From Octopus bimaculoides (taxonomy: Eukaryota), in the NCBI RefSeq assembly GCF_001194135.2, contig NC_068985.1, positions 123,309,657-123,351,446 on the forward strand: a stretch of 41,790 nucleotides of DNA, written 5' to 3'. This document shows positions 1 through 11,792 of this stretch, piece after piece; position 1 is the stretch's first letter; each line of letters opens with the position of its first letter. The notes under the pieces are model-generated. The model did not search any database. It was given only the letters and a program-made list of their open reading frames with translations, and was not told where the DNA came from. Both the position numbers and the translations under genes were made by a program.

Positions 1-176
1 CACCACTTCCATCACTGCCACCTCCACTACCGCTACAATACCTATCGATAGCGGTAACAAGCATCATTCTATCATCGTCAATATTACTCTCATTATATAA
101 TGGATATAATAGGATAAGGTTTTCTAACATAGCAACAACAAACAACATTGACAATAACAACAGCAACAACAACGAC

Positions 177-215
<39 letters not shown>

Positions 216-216
216 C
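1..216. repeat. Mixed trinucleotide low-complexity tract (CAC/CAT/AAC) ending in (AAT)n
   Basis: Directly visible degenerate triplet repeats, with a pure (AAT)n run at about 177-216. Confidence 0.9.
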
Positions 217-388
217 CATAAAGCACATATCTAGTCAATATAGCCAAAGCCTTGTCCTTCAAAGCGAATTGCCGAGAGATAATGATATTAAATAGAAACA
301 TAAGTTTCAGATTACGCATGTCTGTTCCAACTAATCCAGTGAAGCATATCAGCTAACGCTGTTATCCTTGTAACCTAACCTGCTTTGA

Positions 389-687
389 CTAAAAGGTTAG
401 AGGAAAATTGCAGCTTGAACAGAAATGTACGTTCATTATACTGAATATATATTGTCGTTCGCCCACCGTAGCATGGAAAACTAAGGATAAGTATCTAGGA
501 AGCTGAATCCATGAACTGATTTCGTTTTTCGAATAGGTATAATCGATCCATTTCTGTTGTTCATTTAACGGTTCTGTTATGATTTGAAGAAATTCATAAA
601 TAAAAGCATATTTTGATTCCTCCATTTCTTCCCCGATTCCCAAAAGGTAGAGGGTGAGATGAAATGTAGAGGTCGTATTGCATATAA
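389..687 (-). CDS. Probable coding exon of an unidentified extracellular protein, resembling the C-terminal half of a MAM-like beta-sandwich domain
   Basis: Strong acceptor on the minus strand (tccccttctctcctag|, AG at 689-688), phase 1. Then 98 open codons: ICNTTSTFHLTLYLLGIGEEMEESKYAFIYEFLQIITEPLNEQQKWIDYTYSKNEISSWIQLPRYLSLVFHATVGERQYIFSIMNVHFCSSCNFPLTF*. The pattern L.LYL...W...LVFHA.VG....I.NV.F..C resembles MAM domains. The domain call is by eye only. Confidence 0.45.
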
Positions 688-798
688 CTAGGAGAGAAGG
701 GGATGTTCATCAGATTTTCAGACCATCAGGTCATCTGTGTCAATTAGATCGGTGAAATCGATGCTGTTGTTGTGTTGAACGGTGAGCTTTTGTAAGTT

Positions 799-977
799 GA
801 TGCATGGCCGAATAGTTGAGAAGCTCGCTTTGCAACTACGTGGTTTCATGTTCAGTCCCACAATGCGACACCATGGGTGTCTTCTACTAAGGCCCCAGGT
901 TGATCAATGCCTTGCGAGTGAATTTGGTAGGCGGAAATCGTGTGGAAGTCCGTTGTATATATATATTTGAGTGTGTA

Positions 978-1049
<72 letters not shown>

Positions 1050-1260
1050 CGTGTTTGTTTATATTTATGGCTGCATTTGTTCTCATCCACCGCTTGACAA
1101 CCGGCATTGGTTTGTGCAGTTCAGCCAAAAAGATCAATAGACTAACTGCACCAAATTTAAAAATAAGTACTGAGGGCAATTTGTTCGACCTCTTCACGAA
1201 AGTGCTGTATCATGGCCGTTCACCAATGACTGAAACAAGCGAAAGATAACGAAAAAGAAA
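799..1260 (+). mobile_element. tRNA-derived SINE (octopus-type) with an internal (GT)n expansion
   Basis: Degenerate tRNA-like head (..gttcagtcccac..), central ..gtgtcttctac..gccttgcgagtgaatttggtag.. block, (GT)n, then a tail ..cgcttgacaaccg..catggccg..caatgactgaaacaag. Colinear with the copies at 21703 and 34912. Confidence 0.85.
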
Positions 1261-1624
1261 GAGTTTCTCGTATTTCAATTCTGGGAAATACTATGCAATG
1301 TGCCGAGAATGCAGTTTGGCACAGAGAAATACAATAAGAATGATATTTTCCTTATCATTTCTCGTGTAAATTTCATTAATTATAATCTCTTACTGCATTA
1401 TGTTGAGAGCATTACTGCCTACTTTACTATTTACAGCAGTGGTCTCAGGATATCTCAGTTATGTTTTTAAGTTGTCACGTTTGTCATTGTTCATCCACTA
1501 AAACGATTAATATATCCCTCAGTCATCTGATATCTGACAGTAATATGTAGACAATATTTCATTAGTGAGGGTTAATAAGGAAGAAACATATCCAGAGTTA
1601 TCAGTGCACCGCTAAATGTCAGAC

Positions 1625-1775
1625 ATGTTGCCCCGTGTTTAGAGTGTAGGCCTCTGGATCGTAAAATCGTATATTCGACTCACAGACCGAGCAGCGCTTT
1701 GTGTTTTTGAACAATGCAATTCATTTCAGGCTACTCCAGTCTTTATCAGCCAGAATGAGGTCCAGCAGTAGCTGG
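1625..1775 (+). mobile_element. Degraded tRNA-derived SINE fragment
   Basis: A-box/B-box-like head (gtgtttagagtgt..gtatattcgactc) followed by cagaccgagcagcgctttgtgtttttgaacaa, similar to the start of the SINE at 31203/39513. Confidence 0.5.
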
Positions 1776-2917
1776 GTTTAACCCCAAGAAGGATTGACAT
1801 CCCGTTCATAGAGTATCATGTAATTTTAGTTGTTTTAATGCCAAGGAAACCGAGACACACTCCAGTTTCATGATTTTTTAACATTTTTGTACGTTTTTAT
1901 CTTCCTCTGTAGTTTCAGCTCAGAGCTGCGGCCATGCTGATGCACTGCCGTTTTCGTTAGTCAATGTTAGTCAATTGTTAGTTAATTGTTAGTCAATGCT
2001 TATTTACTAAAACTCTCCATATCTCTCTCAATCTCTTAGAACGAGCAGTAACAGTTAAACAACACTTTGCCGATGAAGTTTAATTATACCAAAACATATT
2101 GAAGGGTGTTACCATACAATCAGACATGAGAATCTATTCTATTTTTTATTTAACTTAAATTAATTTTAATTCAAGTGGTTGTCTCTACAGCTTTTCCTGA
2201 CCAGAAAGCAAATGATAAAATCAGCGTAGCGAACGGAGCCTATCCCTCTAGGTCTTCCACTCTTGAATTAGCATTTGTGAACGAATACCAAGTCGATAAG
2301 TTGACAAACTCCAGATAAAAACGAGAAAATGAACGTCGGAGCCGCAACGTAACTGTTCGACCGCCTAGAAATAGCAGCAAAATCTTAGAACGCATCCTTT
2401 AGTCTTAAAACTTGAGTAACGCAATTCTATATGCACCATATGAACTAAAGAGAGACTCGCACGGCTGGAACTGAAGAATCCAAACTGGTCTGATGCTAAA
2501 AGATGGTAACAATGAGATAAATCCTCTGATGGCGTAGAATATTTTCGAGCAAGGTAAGAAATATATTTTTATGGAAAATTAATTCATACGGCCAGTGGTG
2601 TGTTAAATAATTTCGCTTCGACAATTATTGGTAAATATGCATCGGAAGATAAATTAATCTGTACATTCATGAATGACATATAAATGTTCTGTGGGGGAGA
2701 ACATATGTGCGTTGATGTGAAATGAAACCTAACTACCGCAAGAAAAAAAAATTAGCATAATTTATTCGCCAGAAATATGAGTCATTAGATAATAGAAATA
2801 CCCATTATTTGATTGACATAAGAGTTTTAAATGCAATACTGTTAGGGGGGGTTGTGTGTTGTGTGTATGTTACTGTATTTTTGTGCCCGTGTGTGTGCTT
2901 GCGTATATTTCTGGATG

Positions 2918-2928
2918 TGCGTGCATGC

Positions 2929-2964
<36 letters not shown>

Positions 2965-3333
2965 ATGTGTGTGTGTGTGTGTGTGTGTNNNNNNNNNNNN
3001 NNNNNNNNNNNNNNNNNNNNNNNNNNNNNNNNNNNNNNNNNNNNNNNNNNNNNNNNNNNNNNNNNNNNNNNNNNNNNNNNNNNNNNNNNNNNNNNNNNNN
3101 NNNNNNNNNNNNNNNNNNNNNNNNNNNNNNNNNNNNNNNNNNNNNNNNNNNNNNNNNNNNNNNNNNNNNNNNNNNNNNNNNNNNNNNNNNNNNNNNNNNN
3201 NNNNNNNNNNNNNNNNNNNNNNNNNNNNNNNNNNNNNNNNNNNNNNNNNNNNNNNNNNNNNNNNNNNNNNNNNNNNNNNNNNNNNNNNNNNNNNNNNNNN
3301 NNNNNNNNNNNNNNNNNNNNNNNNNNNNNNNNN

Positions 3334-3392
<59 letters not shown>
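2918..3392. repeat. (GT)n and (CA)n microsatellites flanking an assembly gap
   Basis: Directly visible; N run at about 2989-3333. Confidence 0.95.
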
Positions 3393-3396
<4 letters not shown>

Positions 3397-5380
3397 AGCG
3401 CAGATAATAACCCGAACACAAAAGTACTATATTCTTTTTCCTGAGTCGACATTGCGACTAATGGAAAGTTCTACAGAATACTTCTGTTTTTTCAAAACAC
3501 AAACGGAGGGGTCTTCCAGAAGCTCTCGATAGAGGAGTCCCTCGCTGGTATGTGACGAGATCTTTTTTCCATTGAGTTGACTGTGTACCTGATTTTTAAG
3601 ACAGAGGACGAGGTAAAACGACAGGCTGAGCAAATGACATGCACGTTTTCACACTGGATAATGCCACTTTACATTAGTTTTGAGGAATATTAGCATCACA
3701 GGTATCGACTATCTGCTATTTGTTTCATTCACGCAATAATATAGATGATCCACAATGATATGGATATCCAGGAAACCACAGCACTATCCCAGAAATATCC
3801 CAGCGACAGAATAAAAAAGATCTATGAAGCTAGTGGTGCAAAACGTAAGATCCAGTTTTTACATTTTTGATAGTAAAATCAGCAAGAGAGATTTCTGTAC
3901 AGAAACGGAGGAGAGTCAAGGAATAAAGGAGGGTGGAGAGTAGCAACAGAAGCAGCAGAACCAACGATAACAGGCCCCAGATATAAAGATTTTAGATGAT
4001 TCTGGTATTTAGTTTCTCGAGCTCCACTGGGCGCAGATTTGAACGTGAACAGAGTGGAAACAAGCTCAGATAAGAAGTTCTCAGTGTCACAAGCATCAGG
4101 CATTAATGACGACGAAAATTATGAGAGAGCAACTCTTCCAAAACAGGACCGCCCAGAATCTTAAGCAGCTCAAATGTCGCGCATCGTTCATGAAAATAGG
4201 GAGGGAAATGGGAACTACAGAAGGGTGAGAAACTAATAAGAAAAAAAAAGGGGGCAGTAAACAAAAGCTGGAAGTCCTTGGTCAAGGAACTTGTACCCCA
4301 ACGTGGTTCCTCAACATTGCGGGAATACGAAAGATAAACTAGAGTATATTGAAACTTCTGACGAAATTTGAAAATAAGAAACACTAGGAGGAAACATTTC
4401 TATAAAGAACTCCTAAATGTAAAAAAAAAACTCGACTATATACTATACAGAACTACTGAAGCTCACTTCGAAAGATTTAAGATTATTTCCAGTTTCGAAC
4501 AAATATGTTCTAATTCGATTTCGGAAAACCCGAATTACAGTCAGAGCAGAAGTTGATAGGAGTCATGAGTTGTTTCCTTTTACTTGCATTGTGTACTAAA
4601 CTTTTAGCATTCTTAATATTTTTCGTATATCCCCACTTGCTTTTATAACCGCTTTTGTATGATTTTTGTCAAATTGTTGGGAACACGCGGGCAATAAAGT
4701 AAAAGTTATTTATGTGTTTGTTGTTATATCATATTATTATTATTAATTATTATTAAAAGTTCACTCAGAATATATTGCTCAATTTGACTTTATGATACAA
4801 TTCAATTCCCCAAGGTGCTCCGCAGTGCGATCGAACTCAGAATAGCATGATTTCGAAGTGAGCGTCTAAAACACACAGCTATGGCTGAATTCACACACAC
4901 ACACACACACACGAATGTGAATTTGTGTGCGTGTGTGTGTGTGTGTGTGTATATACATACATATATATACATGTATACATATTCACATATATATGTATGT
5001 ATGGACGTTTGTATATGTGTGTGCGTATATGCATATCAGTATGCACACGCCTGTGTATGCGTGTGATGTATGCGTAAGAGAGCGCGCGTGCGTGTGTGTT
5101 GAGTGAGAAACGGTGAGCGAAGAGTGAAAGATATTAGAGAGAAAGAAAGATGATGGGAGAAAGATGAAATTAAAGAAAATGAAGGAAGACAGGGAAAATC
5201 GTATTAGAAATTACGTAATCAGTTCCCATGACATCGGCATAAGAGTGTTGCGTTCTAATTACATCTTCCCAATTAAAACGTTATCGAAAGCTTCATAATT
5301 ATTTTATCACAGAGACTGCATATCAAATAAATTATTGATTAGTAAAGAAAATACGACGTATAAAAGTTTCGCTTGAATTT

Positions 5381-5473
5381 GAATACTCTGCTATTGGATA
5401 CTTTGCTTGCTGAATACTCTGCTATTGGATACTTTGCTTGTTGAATACTATGTTATTCGATATTCCGCTTGAT
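5381..5473. repeat. 31-bp tandem repeat, 3 copies (third degenerate)
   Basis: Unit gaatactctgctattggatactttgcttgct at 5381-5411 and 5412-5442, with a degenerate copy at 5443-5473. Confidence 0.9.
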
Positions 5474-6164
5474 TGCAGAGTAACATTGTTGATGTTCGAA
5501 GGGTTATCTTTCTGGTGTCCCTTTTATTATTAATTTTCCAATAGTTAAATATTTTTCTGTTAACAATTTGACTCTGTATGAATGCACGTATACAATATGA
5601 ACATTTCTGTTTGAATGTATTCCTCTAGTTATTATAATAATTAAGACCAGTGGTGGTTGCAAGACAGGCAGCAGGTTGGAGGAGTTGCTAGAGCATCAGA
5701 CAGAATTCCTTGCGGTACCCGTTCAAAACCCGCCGCAATCAATGTTACCTTTTTATGCTCTCAGGATCTATAAATAAAATGCCAACCCATACCAAATTCT
5801 TTCATTTTACCTTTTTCTTTCTTCGTGGAAGAAATCGGTTCTGTTCAGACTTTCAAAGTGATTCTGTCATCTTACAATGGCGTCCCTACCACTACATTAG
5901 AAATTGGAGGTTCAACGAAGTCAGTTATTTTCAAGATGTTGTTCCATTCATCTACATTCTATGTTCAAACCACACAAAGGTTGAGTTTGACTGTCACAAT
6001 TGCGAGCTGTGAATTAAATTTAAGAGGACATGCGTGTGTGATAAGAGCAACCCCATTTCAGAACTGCAAGTAGCACTCCATTGAGGGTCTCACCTAAAAT
6101 TTGTAAAGGATGAGTAGTTATGAGGCGAAATTTTTGTTGAACACATTTTCTATGTTCAGGCAGT

Positions 6165-6300
6165 CGACTGGCACGGATAGAATGTTTTGATGTAGTTCTG
6201 TCGGCCCTCGCTCTGAGTTCAAATTTCACAAAACTCAACTTTGCCTTTCATCTTTTCGAGGTCGATAAATAAAATATCTGTCAAGTACTCGAACGGATTC
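6165..6300 (+). mobile_element. SINE fragment with a Meta/MESC-like central domain
   Basis: ctctgagttcaaattt...caactttgcctttcatcttttcgaggtcgataaataaaat; the same core recurs at about 27900, 28860, 29650 (minus), 33570 and 34580. The domain name is from memory. Confidence 0.65.
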
Positions 6301-6766
6301 TTCTCTTTCCCTCCCTTCTCTCTTTCTCCCTCCCTTCCCTTTTTCTTCCTCCCCTCTCTCCCTCCCTTCCCCCCTCTCTCTCTCACTCACTGTCTCGCGC
6401 TTTCTCTCTGAAGAAAAACATCGTTTCAGTTTAGATCTGGGGAGTGTTGGGTACTTCCAAGTTTAAAATATCCAAGACACACGAAGACTCCCTCACTTTA
6501 CTATTTCGAGATTTTGAGGATGCTCGCTTGCCAAACGAAATCTTTAGTAACCGTGAGCTCCTACTAGCAGTGACTTTGAGGGCTCAAGTTGTGTGCTGTT
6601 TATATCTCTTTTTTAATTTTTTGTGAGGTGCATTGTATTTTCTTTTTTCATGTGTAATAAATGTGTCTCTCTGCTGTCGAAGGCGTCAACAATTATTAGG
6701 TATCCAATATATTAACAATTTAAGTCAATTATTATAGCTGACCTAGCATTGATCTACTTGAGTATA

Positions 6767-8061
6767 TAAAGGATGTCCATTAATTACTTTTACAATTCAG
6801 AAAAAAATAAAATTAAAGATAATTCAGCAGAGCTTATTAGAAAACATAGGCAAGCAAAGTTTTATTGGAAACATCAGAGCACTTCCACGTTGGTTCTGTT
6901 GGTTGCACACAGCACTTGTATACGATTCTCAATTTCTGACTATGTACTTTGGAGCATCCCCTCATCGATGTTGGAGATTGTTTGGCGTATTTTTTTTTTT
7001 AGATCATTGTACGATACTGTTGTGCAATAGAGTCTGTATTTAATGTAGCCCCATAAGAAGCCTAGCGGGTTATATCTGGTGACCTAGGTGAGTAGGGAAC
7101 TGAACCCCCTCTTTGAATCCATCCTTTTAGGAAAGTTTTATTAAGAAACTCTCGAACGAACACTCGGACATCCAGTGTGGTGGTGCACCATCTTGTTGGA
7201 AAATAACTGATGGTTGCATGCAGTACAAGTGTGGTACAACAAATTATTGGAAAACATCAAGGTAAGTGTTGGAAGTAATCGTTTCTTCTACAAAGGAAAA
7301 TAGGCCATTCACTCGATCAAATATGAAGCCGTACGAAAATTTGAATTTTTAGTCGTTTCTCTCCAGTTCTTTTGTTTCTTGTTGGTTTTCTGAATCCCAA
7401 ATCCTGATGTTTTGCTAATTTGTCATTCCTGATATATGAAATATTGTTTCATCACTGAAACAAATCTTTCGATAGAAGCCTTCGTCTAATCGAACAAGCA
7501 TGTCCACCGCAAATCGTTTCCTTTGGGGTTGTCACCTGGCTGAAATGCTTACAAATGTTGCACTTTATAAACATAGAGCCTCAAGCCCATGTACAAAACT
7601 TTGTAAATTGCTGACCGCGGTCAACTTAACTCTCTATTTGCAGTACGAATCAACTTATTAGGACTGCAACGAATGCTGCTCGAATTCGCTTAACGTCTTC
7701 CACAAACGTTCTCGATCGTTCAATCCTTGTTTGCTATTGGACGCTTTCTATGGAAAAGAACCAACCACTCTTGGTGGTTCTTTGTACGATGATCCCTCTG
7801 GATCCTGAGTATCTGATCGCGTCTCTATAAACCAGGATAAACGTTTCCCTTTCTCTTGTGATGTTGTCATTTTCACAACAAGATAGAGATAATAACAGAC
7901 ACCTTTAAAGACAAATGAAAGTGATTTAAATCTTAAAACAAGGTACATATATTAAAACTTTTATATTTAACCTGCGAGAAGTTGATTGCTGGACCTCAAA
8001 TTTAACAGACATAATAAATTGTGAAAATTGTAAAGACAATTTATAGACACGTAAATGTATA
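6767..8061 (-). mobile_element. Tc1/mariner DNA transposon, DD41D (rosa/Visitor)-like, about 1.3 kb, inactive
   Basis: Minus-strand translation gives the N-terminus MTTSQEKGKRLSWFIETRSDTQ and catalytic-domain motifs FQQDGAPPHW..VREFLNKTF..WIQRGG...SPRSPDIT.L.FLWGYIK, with frameshifts and stops. Degenerate TIRs: ggatgtccattaattacttttacaatt (about 6771) versus the reverse complement of aattgtaaagacaatttatagacac (about 8026-8050). Confidence 0.85.
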
Positions 8062-8125
8062 ACACACACACGCGCACGCACACACACACATAATAAATGA
8101 AAAATTTTATCGTCACTAATTGTCA

Positions 8126-8156
<31 letters not shown>

Positions 8157-8630
8157 NNNNNNNNNNNNNNNNNNNNNNNNNNNNNNNNNNNNNNNNNNNN
8201 NNNNNNNNNNNNNNNNNNNNNNNNNNNNNNNNNNNNNNNNNNNNNNNNNNNNNNNNNNNNNNNNNNNNNNNNNNNNNNNNNNNNNNNNNNNNNNNNNNNN
8301 NNNNNNNNNNNNNNNNNNNNNNNNNNNNNNNNNNNNNNNNNNNNNNNNNNNNNNNNNNNNNNNNNNNNNNNNNNNNNNNNNNNNNNNNNNNNNNNNNNNN
8401 NNNNNNNNNNNNNNNNNNNNNNNNNNNNNNNNNNNNNNNNNNNNNNNNNNNNNNNNNNNNNNNNNNNNNNNNNNNNNNNNNNNNNNNNNNNNNNNNNNNN
8501 NNNGTGTGTGTGTTCTTTCCGTTGTCTGTAGTTCATTTTTCTAACGTCCTGTACCCTGATATGCATCTATATACACATGTAGATGTAAGTATATAGATAT
8601 ATGTGTGTATACATGCATATATATTCTTTG

Positions 8631-8665
<35 letters not shown>

Positions 8666-8668
<3 letters not shown>

Positions 8669-9040
8669 GTGTCTGCGAACGAAAGTAAAGCGTATTTACG
8701 CGTATTTTATATTCGTACATACTTGACGACGCGTACGGGCATTACTCATGGATATTCTTAATGAGTCACTACTTAATCTTTCGTAATACATGGTATAATT
8801 GTAGGCTCGACGTTTTTGAGAAACTATTTATTCTGAAACAACTCGCAGTGTCTCTCAACGGAATATCCGAAGTGATCTATCACTGTAGTTCATCAGTTGG
8901 CCCGCCATATCCATGTGTTTCTTTGCAGCCAGTAAGAAAACAGTTTTCAAGCAGAAGGCGTTCGAGTTTCACGTCTCACGAACTACTGATCGATGTGATA
9001 CGTACTTCCGTCCTTTTAAAACTCTTAATAATGATCGAGT
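8666..9040 (+). mobile_element. Possible truncated Tc1/mariner 5' fragment
   Basis: Begins at a TA run with gggtgtc (similar to the CAGGGTGTC-type TIR start) and contains an HTH-like peptide KQKAFEFHVSRTT. No partner TIR found. Confidence 0.3.
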
Positions 9041-9904
9041 GATTAATTATGCCTGGCTTTACATGCTAACACACACACACGCGCGCGCGTGTCATTGCCT
9101 ATTGAATTTGTTATTTAAGTATAGATGATTGGTTGTCTGCCTTTTCAGGAAAATTGAATGGTCACATGACTGGCTGACTAGCTGAACGGTGAGTTAGTTC
9201 TCTCATACGTCTTCCATAGAACTGTTTTATTGTTGGCTGGTCGATGTCTGTAACGAAATAGTCGTCTCTTTCACAGCACGTCATTCCACGTAACTACATT
9301 TCTATATTTATAAATCTAATGACATTTATCGTTTGCATGTTGGTATTTAACTGATGAACGTGGCTAAACAGTGTTAAATGCTGTTTAACACGTATGACGA
9401 ATAATTGAATCTATTAAAGAACTTTTGAAAACAAGAAGCCATTAATGCTTAACTGAACTCGTTAGCCTTTAGATGATTCTGTCAAACTTCGTTGTTTGTC
9501 AGTTCTGATACAGATGTAATTGTCTTGAAATTCTACTGGGGTTAAACGATTTTCTGTATGCGTGAGTTGTCTTCAAGAAACAAATGACTAGAAAGAAATT
9601 GTACACAAATAGAATTTTCGTTATTCTTTTATTTGCCAACAACAATATTGGCAGCGTAAAAGGCAACTATGGTTGCATTAGTAAATACTTTTATAATAGT
9701 TTTATGATAGGAATGCAAGCCTAAGTCCGAATTGCTGTTGATAAAACGAATGCTGTTGCTGTTCTTGCTTTTGCTACTGTTGCTGCTATTGTTACTACTA
9801 CGGCAATTACTACTACTAACACCACTATCACCACTACCGCCAGCAACAAGACCAGCACACCACCACCGCCGCCGCCGCAACTACCACCACCACCACCACC
9901 AGGA

Positions 9905-10700
9905 AACCTTTGGATGAGGTGGTGATAAAGGCAACGACTGAGAAAGGAAACGTAACTACAGAAGCGTGTTTTTTTGAAAATCAGTAGGAAGAGATCAATA
10001 GAAAGTTGAAAGCAGCGGAAAGGAAGCGTGGTAAGGTGATTTTTTAGGCGGTCATAAAGATGAAGGAGGAAGGATTTATAATTAGGAATGCTGAAAAAAG
10101 AAAAAGAAAAAGAGAGAGAAAGAGAGAAATAGTTAAAATGGGGAGAGAATGGCAAAATTATTAGCGTACGGAGAAAGATCAGAAAGTTCAAAAGTCGTGG
10201 TACATTAGAGCGATTTGCATCAACGAAAATAGCCAGTGAGATCCGTGAAGGTAGAGTCCGAAAGAGTACGAAGATCCAGTGGTAATCCGGGTGGAGTGCT
10301 GGTTATGTGGATGAGGAGAGGTACTGAAGTTCGGGATGTAGTTAAGATGAAAGTTCAAGAGAGTAGGAAGTTAAGTCAGGCAAGGTCAAACTGGGGTGAC
10401 CACGTGAGCGTCTGATATATAGTCCAAATTTACAGAAAACGAAAAACAAAGACAGGTATAAGAACAACAAGCAGGTGTATTAGTTTAATGACCGGGAAAA
10501 ATGGAAAGTCTTTTACGTTTCGAGCCCACTCTTTTCGACAGAAAGGATTAAGAGGGAAAAAATGGAACATAATTGCAGAGAGGGAATGAGAAAACGGAGA
10601 GAGGAAAATGTGCAGAGTTCAACGGTCCAACATGGTGAGATGACTGGGAAAAAGAGGCTGAATGAAAGGGAGAAAATAATAATAATAACTGTAATGGTGA
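9905..10700 (-). mobile_element. Penelope-like element / pseudo-LTR remnant
   Basis: On the minus strand, pyrimidine-rich tracts bracket the PLE-type terminal motif ...gagtgggctcgaaacgtaaaagac... followed by degraded coding-like sequence. No intact RT or GIY-YIG motif seen. Confidence 0.5.
10510..10545 (-). ncRNA. Decayed minimal type I hammerhead ribozyme motif
   Basis: Minus RNA CUUU-CUGUCGA-AAA-GAG UGGG CUC-GAA-ACGU-A-AAAG: stem I CUUU/AAAG, stem II GAG/CUC, GAAA, palindromic stem III ACGU. The core is non-canonical (U at position 6, extra As). Confidence 0.45.
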
Positions 10701-10748
10701 CCCAACGAGCTAAGGCGCGCGCGCGTGTATGTGTGTGAGAGAGAGAAT

Positions 10749-10798
<50 letters not shown>

Positions 10799-11792
10799 CA
10801 TTGGTGAATGGGGGTGAGTGAGTCTAACGTTGTGTGTGTGTGTATGTGTGTGTAGCAGTTGATGTGTGCTTGTTCAGATGGTGTGTGCACATGTGTGTGT
10901 GAGTGTATCTACGACGAAATAGTGTGCATGTGTATAGTGTAGGTGGTGTGTGCACGTGTGTATATGGGTGTGTATGAGTGTGTGATGAAATAATATGCAT
11001 GCGTATGGTATATGTTTGCAGGCGAAAGTTATCTTTGTTTATGCGTGTTGCGTGTGTGTATATATATTGTCTATTTTCGGGTATTATTCGCTTGTGTGAG
11101 TGTGGGAGTGTTCATGGTGGTGTGTGGTGTATGTACTGAGTTAAAAAGTGTGTATAGCTGCGCGTATACCATTGTATGTGTGATGACGCTGTTGAAGATT
11201 ATGTGTGGGTGTGTGGGTGTGTGGATAATGATGTGCAGTGTGGGTGCTGAGAAGTATATATATATATATATATATATATATNNNNNNNNNNNNNNNNNNN
11301 NNNNNNNNNNNNNNNNNNNNNNNNNNNNNNNNNNNNNNNNNNNNNNNNNNNNNNNNNNNNNNNNNNNNNNNNNNNNNNNNNNNNNNNNNNNNNNNNNNNN
11401 NNNNNNNNNNNNNNNNNNNNNNNNNNNNNNNNNNNNNNNNNNNNNNNNNNNNNNNNNNNNNNNNNNNNNNNNNNNNNNNNNNNNNNNNNNNNNNNNNNNN
11501 NNNNNNNNNNNNNNNNNNNNNNNNNNNNNNNNNNNNNNNNNNNNNNNNNNNNNNNNNNNNNNNNNNNNNNNNNNNNNNNNNNNNNNNNNNNNNNNNNNNN
11601 NNNNNNNNNNNNNNNNNNNNNNNNNNNNNNNNNNNNNNNNNNNNNNNNNNNNNNNNNNNNNNNNNNNNNNNNNNNNNNNNNNNNNNNNTATAGTGTTACT
11701 TTTTTAATATTAGGAACCCACAAAGAGAGTGGGGGATAACGCGAGGTAGTGGAAACGAAATATTAAAATGAAACCGATAATCAAACGAATAA

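Noticed and set aside
2440-2560. Strong plus-strand donor AAG|GTAAGA at 2553
   Set aside because: All frames upstream close within about 40 nt, and there is no pyrimidine-rich acceptor for a short exon.
2918-3392. (GT)n and (CA)n facing each other as a giant inverted repeat
   Set aside because: The junction is an N gap; orientation across it cannot be trusted.
3780-4460. GC-richer coding-like segment, possibly a LINE (Tx1-like) 3' fragment
   Set aside because: Stops in all frames and no motif I can assign with confidence; needs a repeat-library search.
4487-4517. cagtttcgaaca..tgttct, resembling the 38.1-kb hammerhead (stem II plus GAAA on the minus strand)
   Set aside because: The CUGAUGA box and stems I and III are absent; at best a fossil.
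8840-8900. Minus-strand CUGAUGA followed by an AGUGAU/AUCACU hairpin
   Set aside because: No GAAA box or cleavage triplet in register.
9351-9410. Plus-strand CUGAUGA followed by a long hairpin (ACGUG..UAAACAG/CUGUUUA..CACGU)
   Set aside because: The hairpin is followed by AUGACGAAU instead of GAAA, and there is no stem I/III. There is also no convincing terminal box D or stem for a C/D snoRNA.
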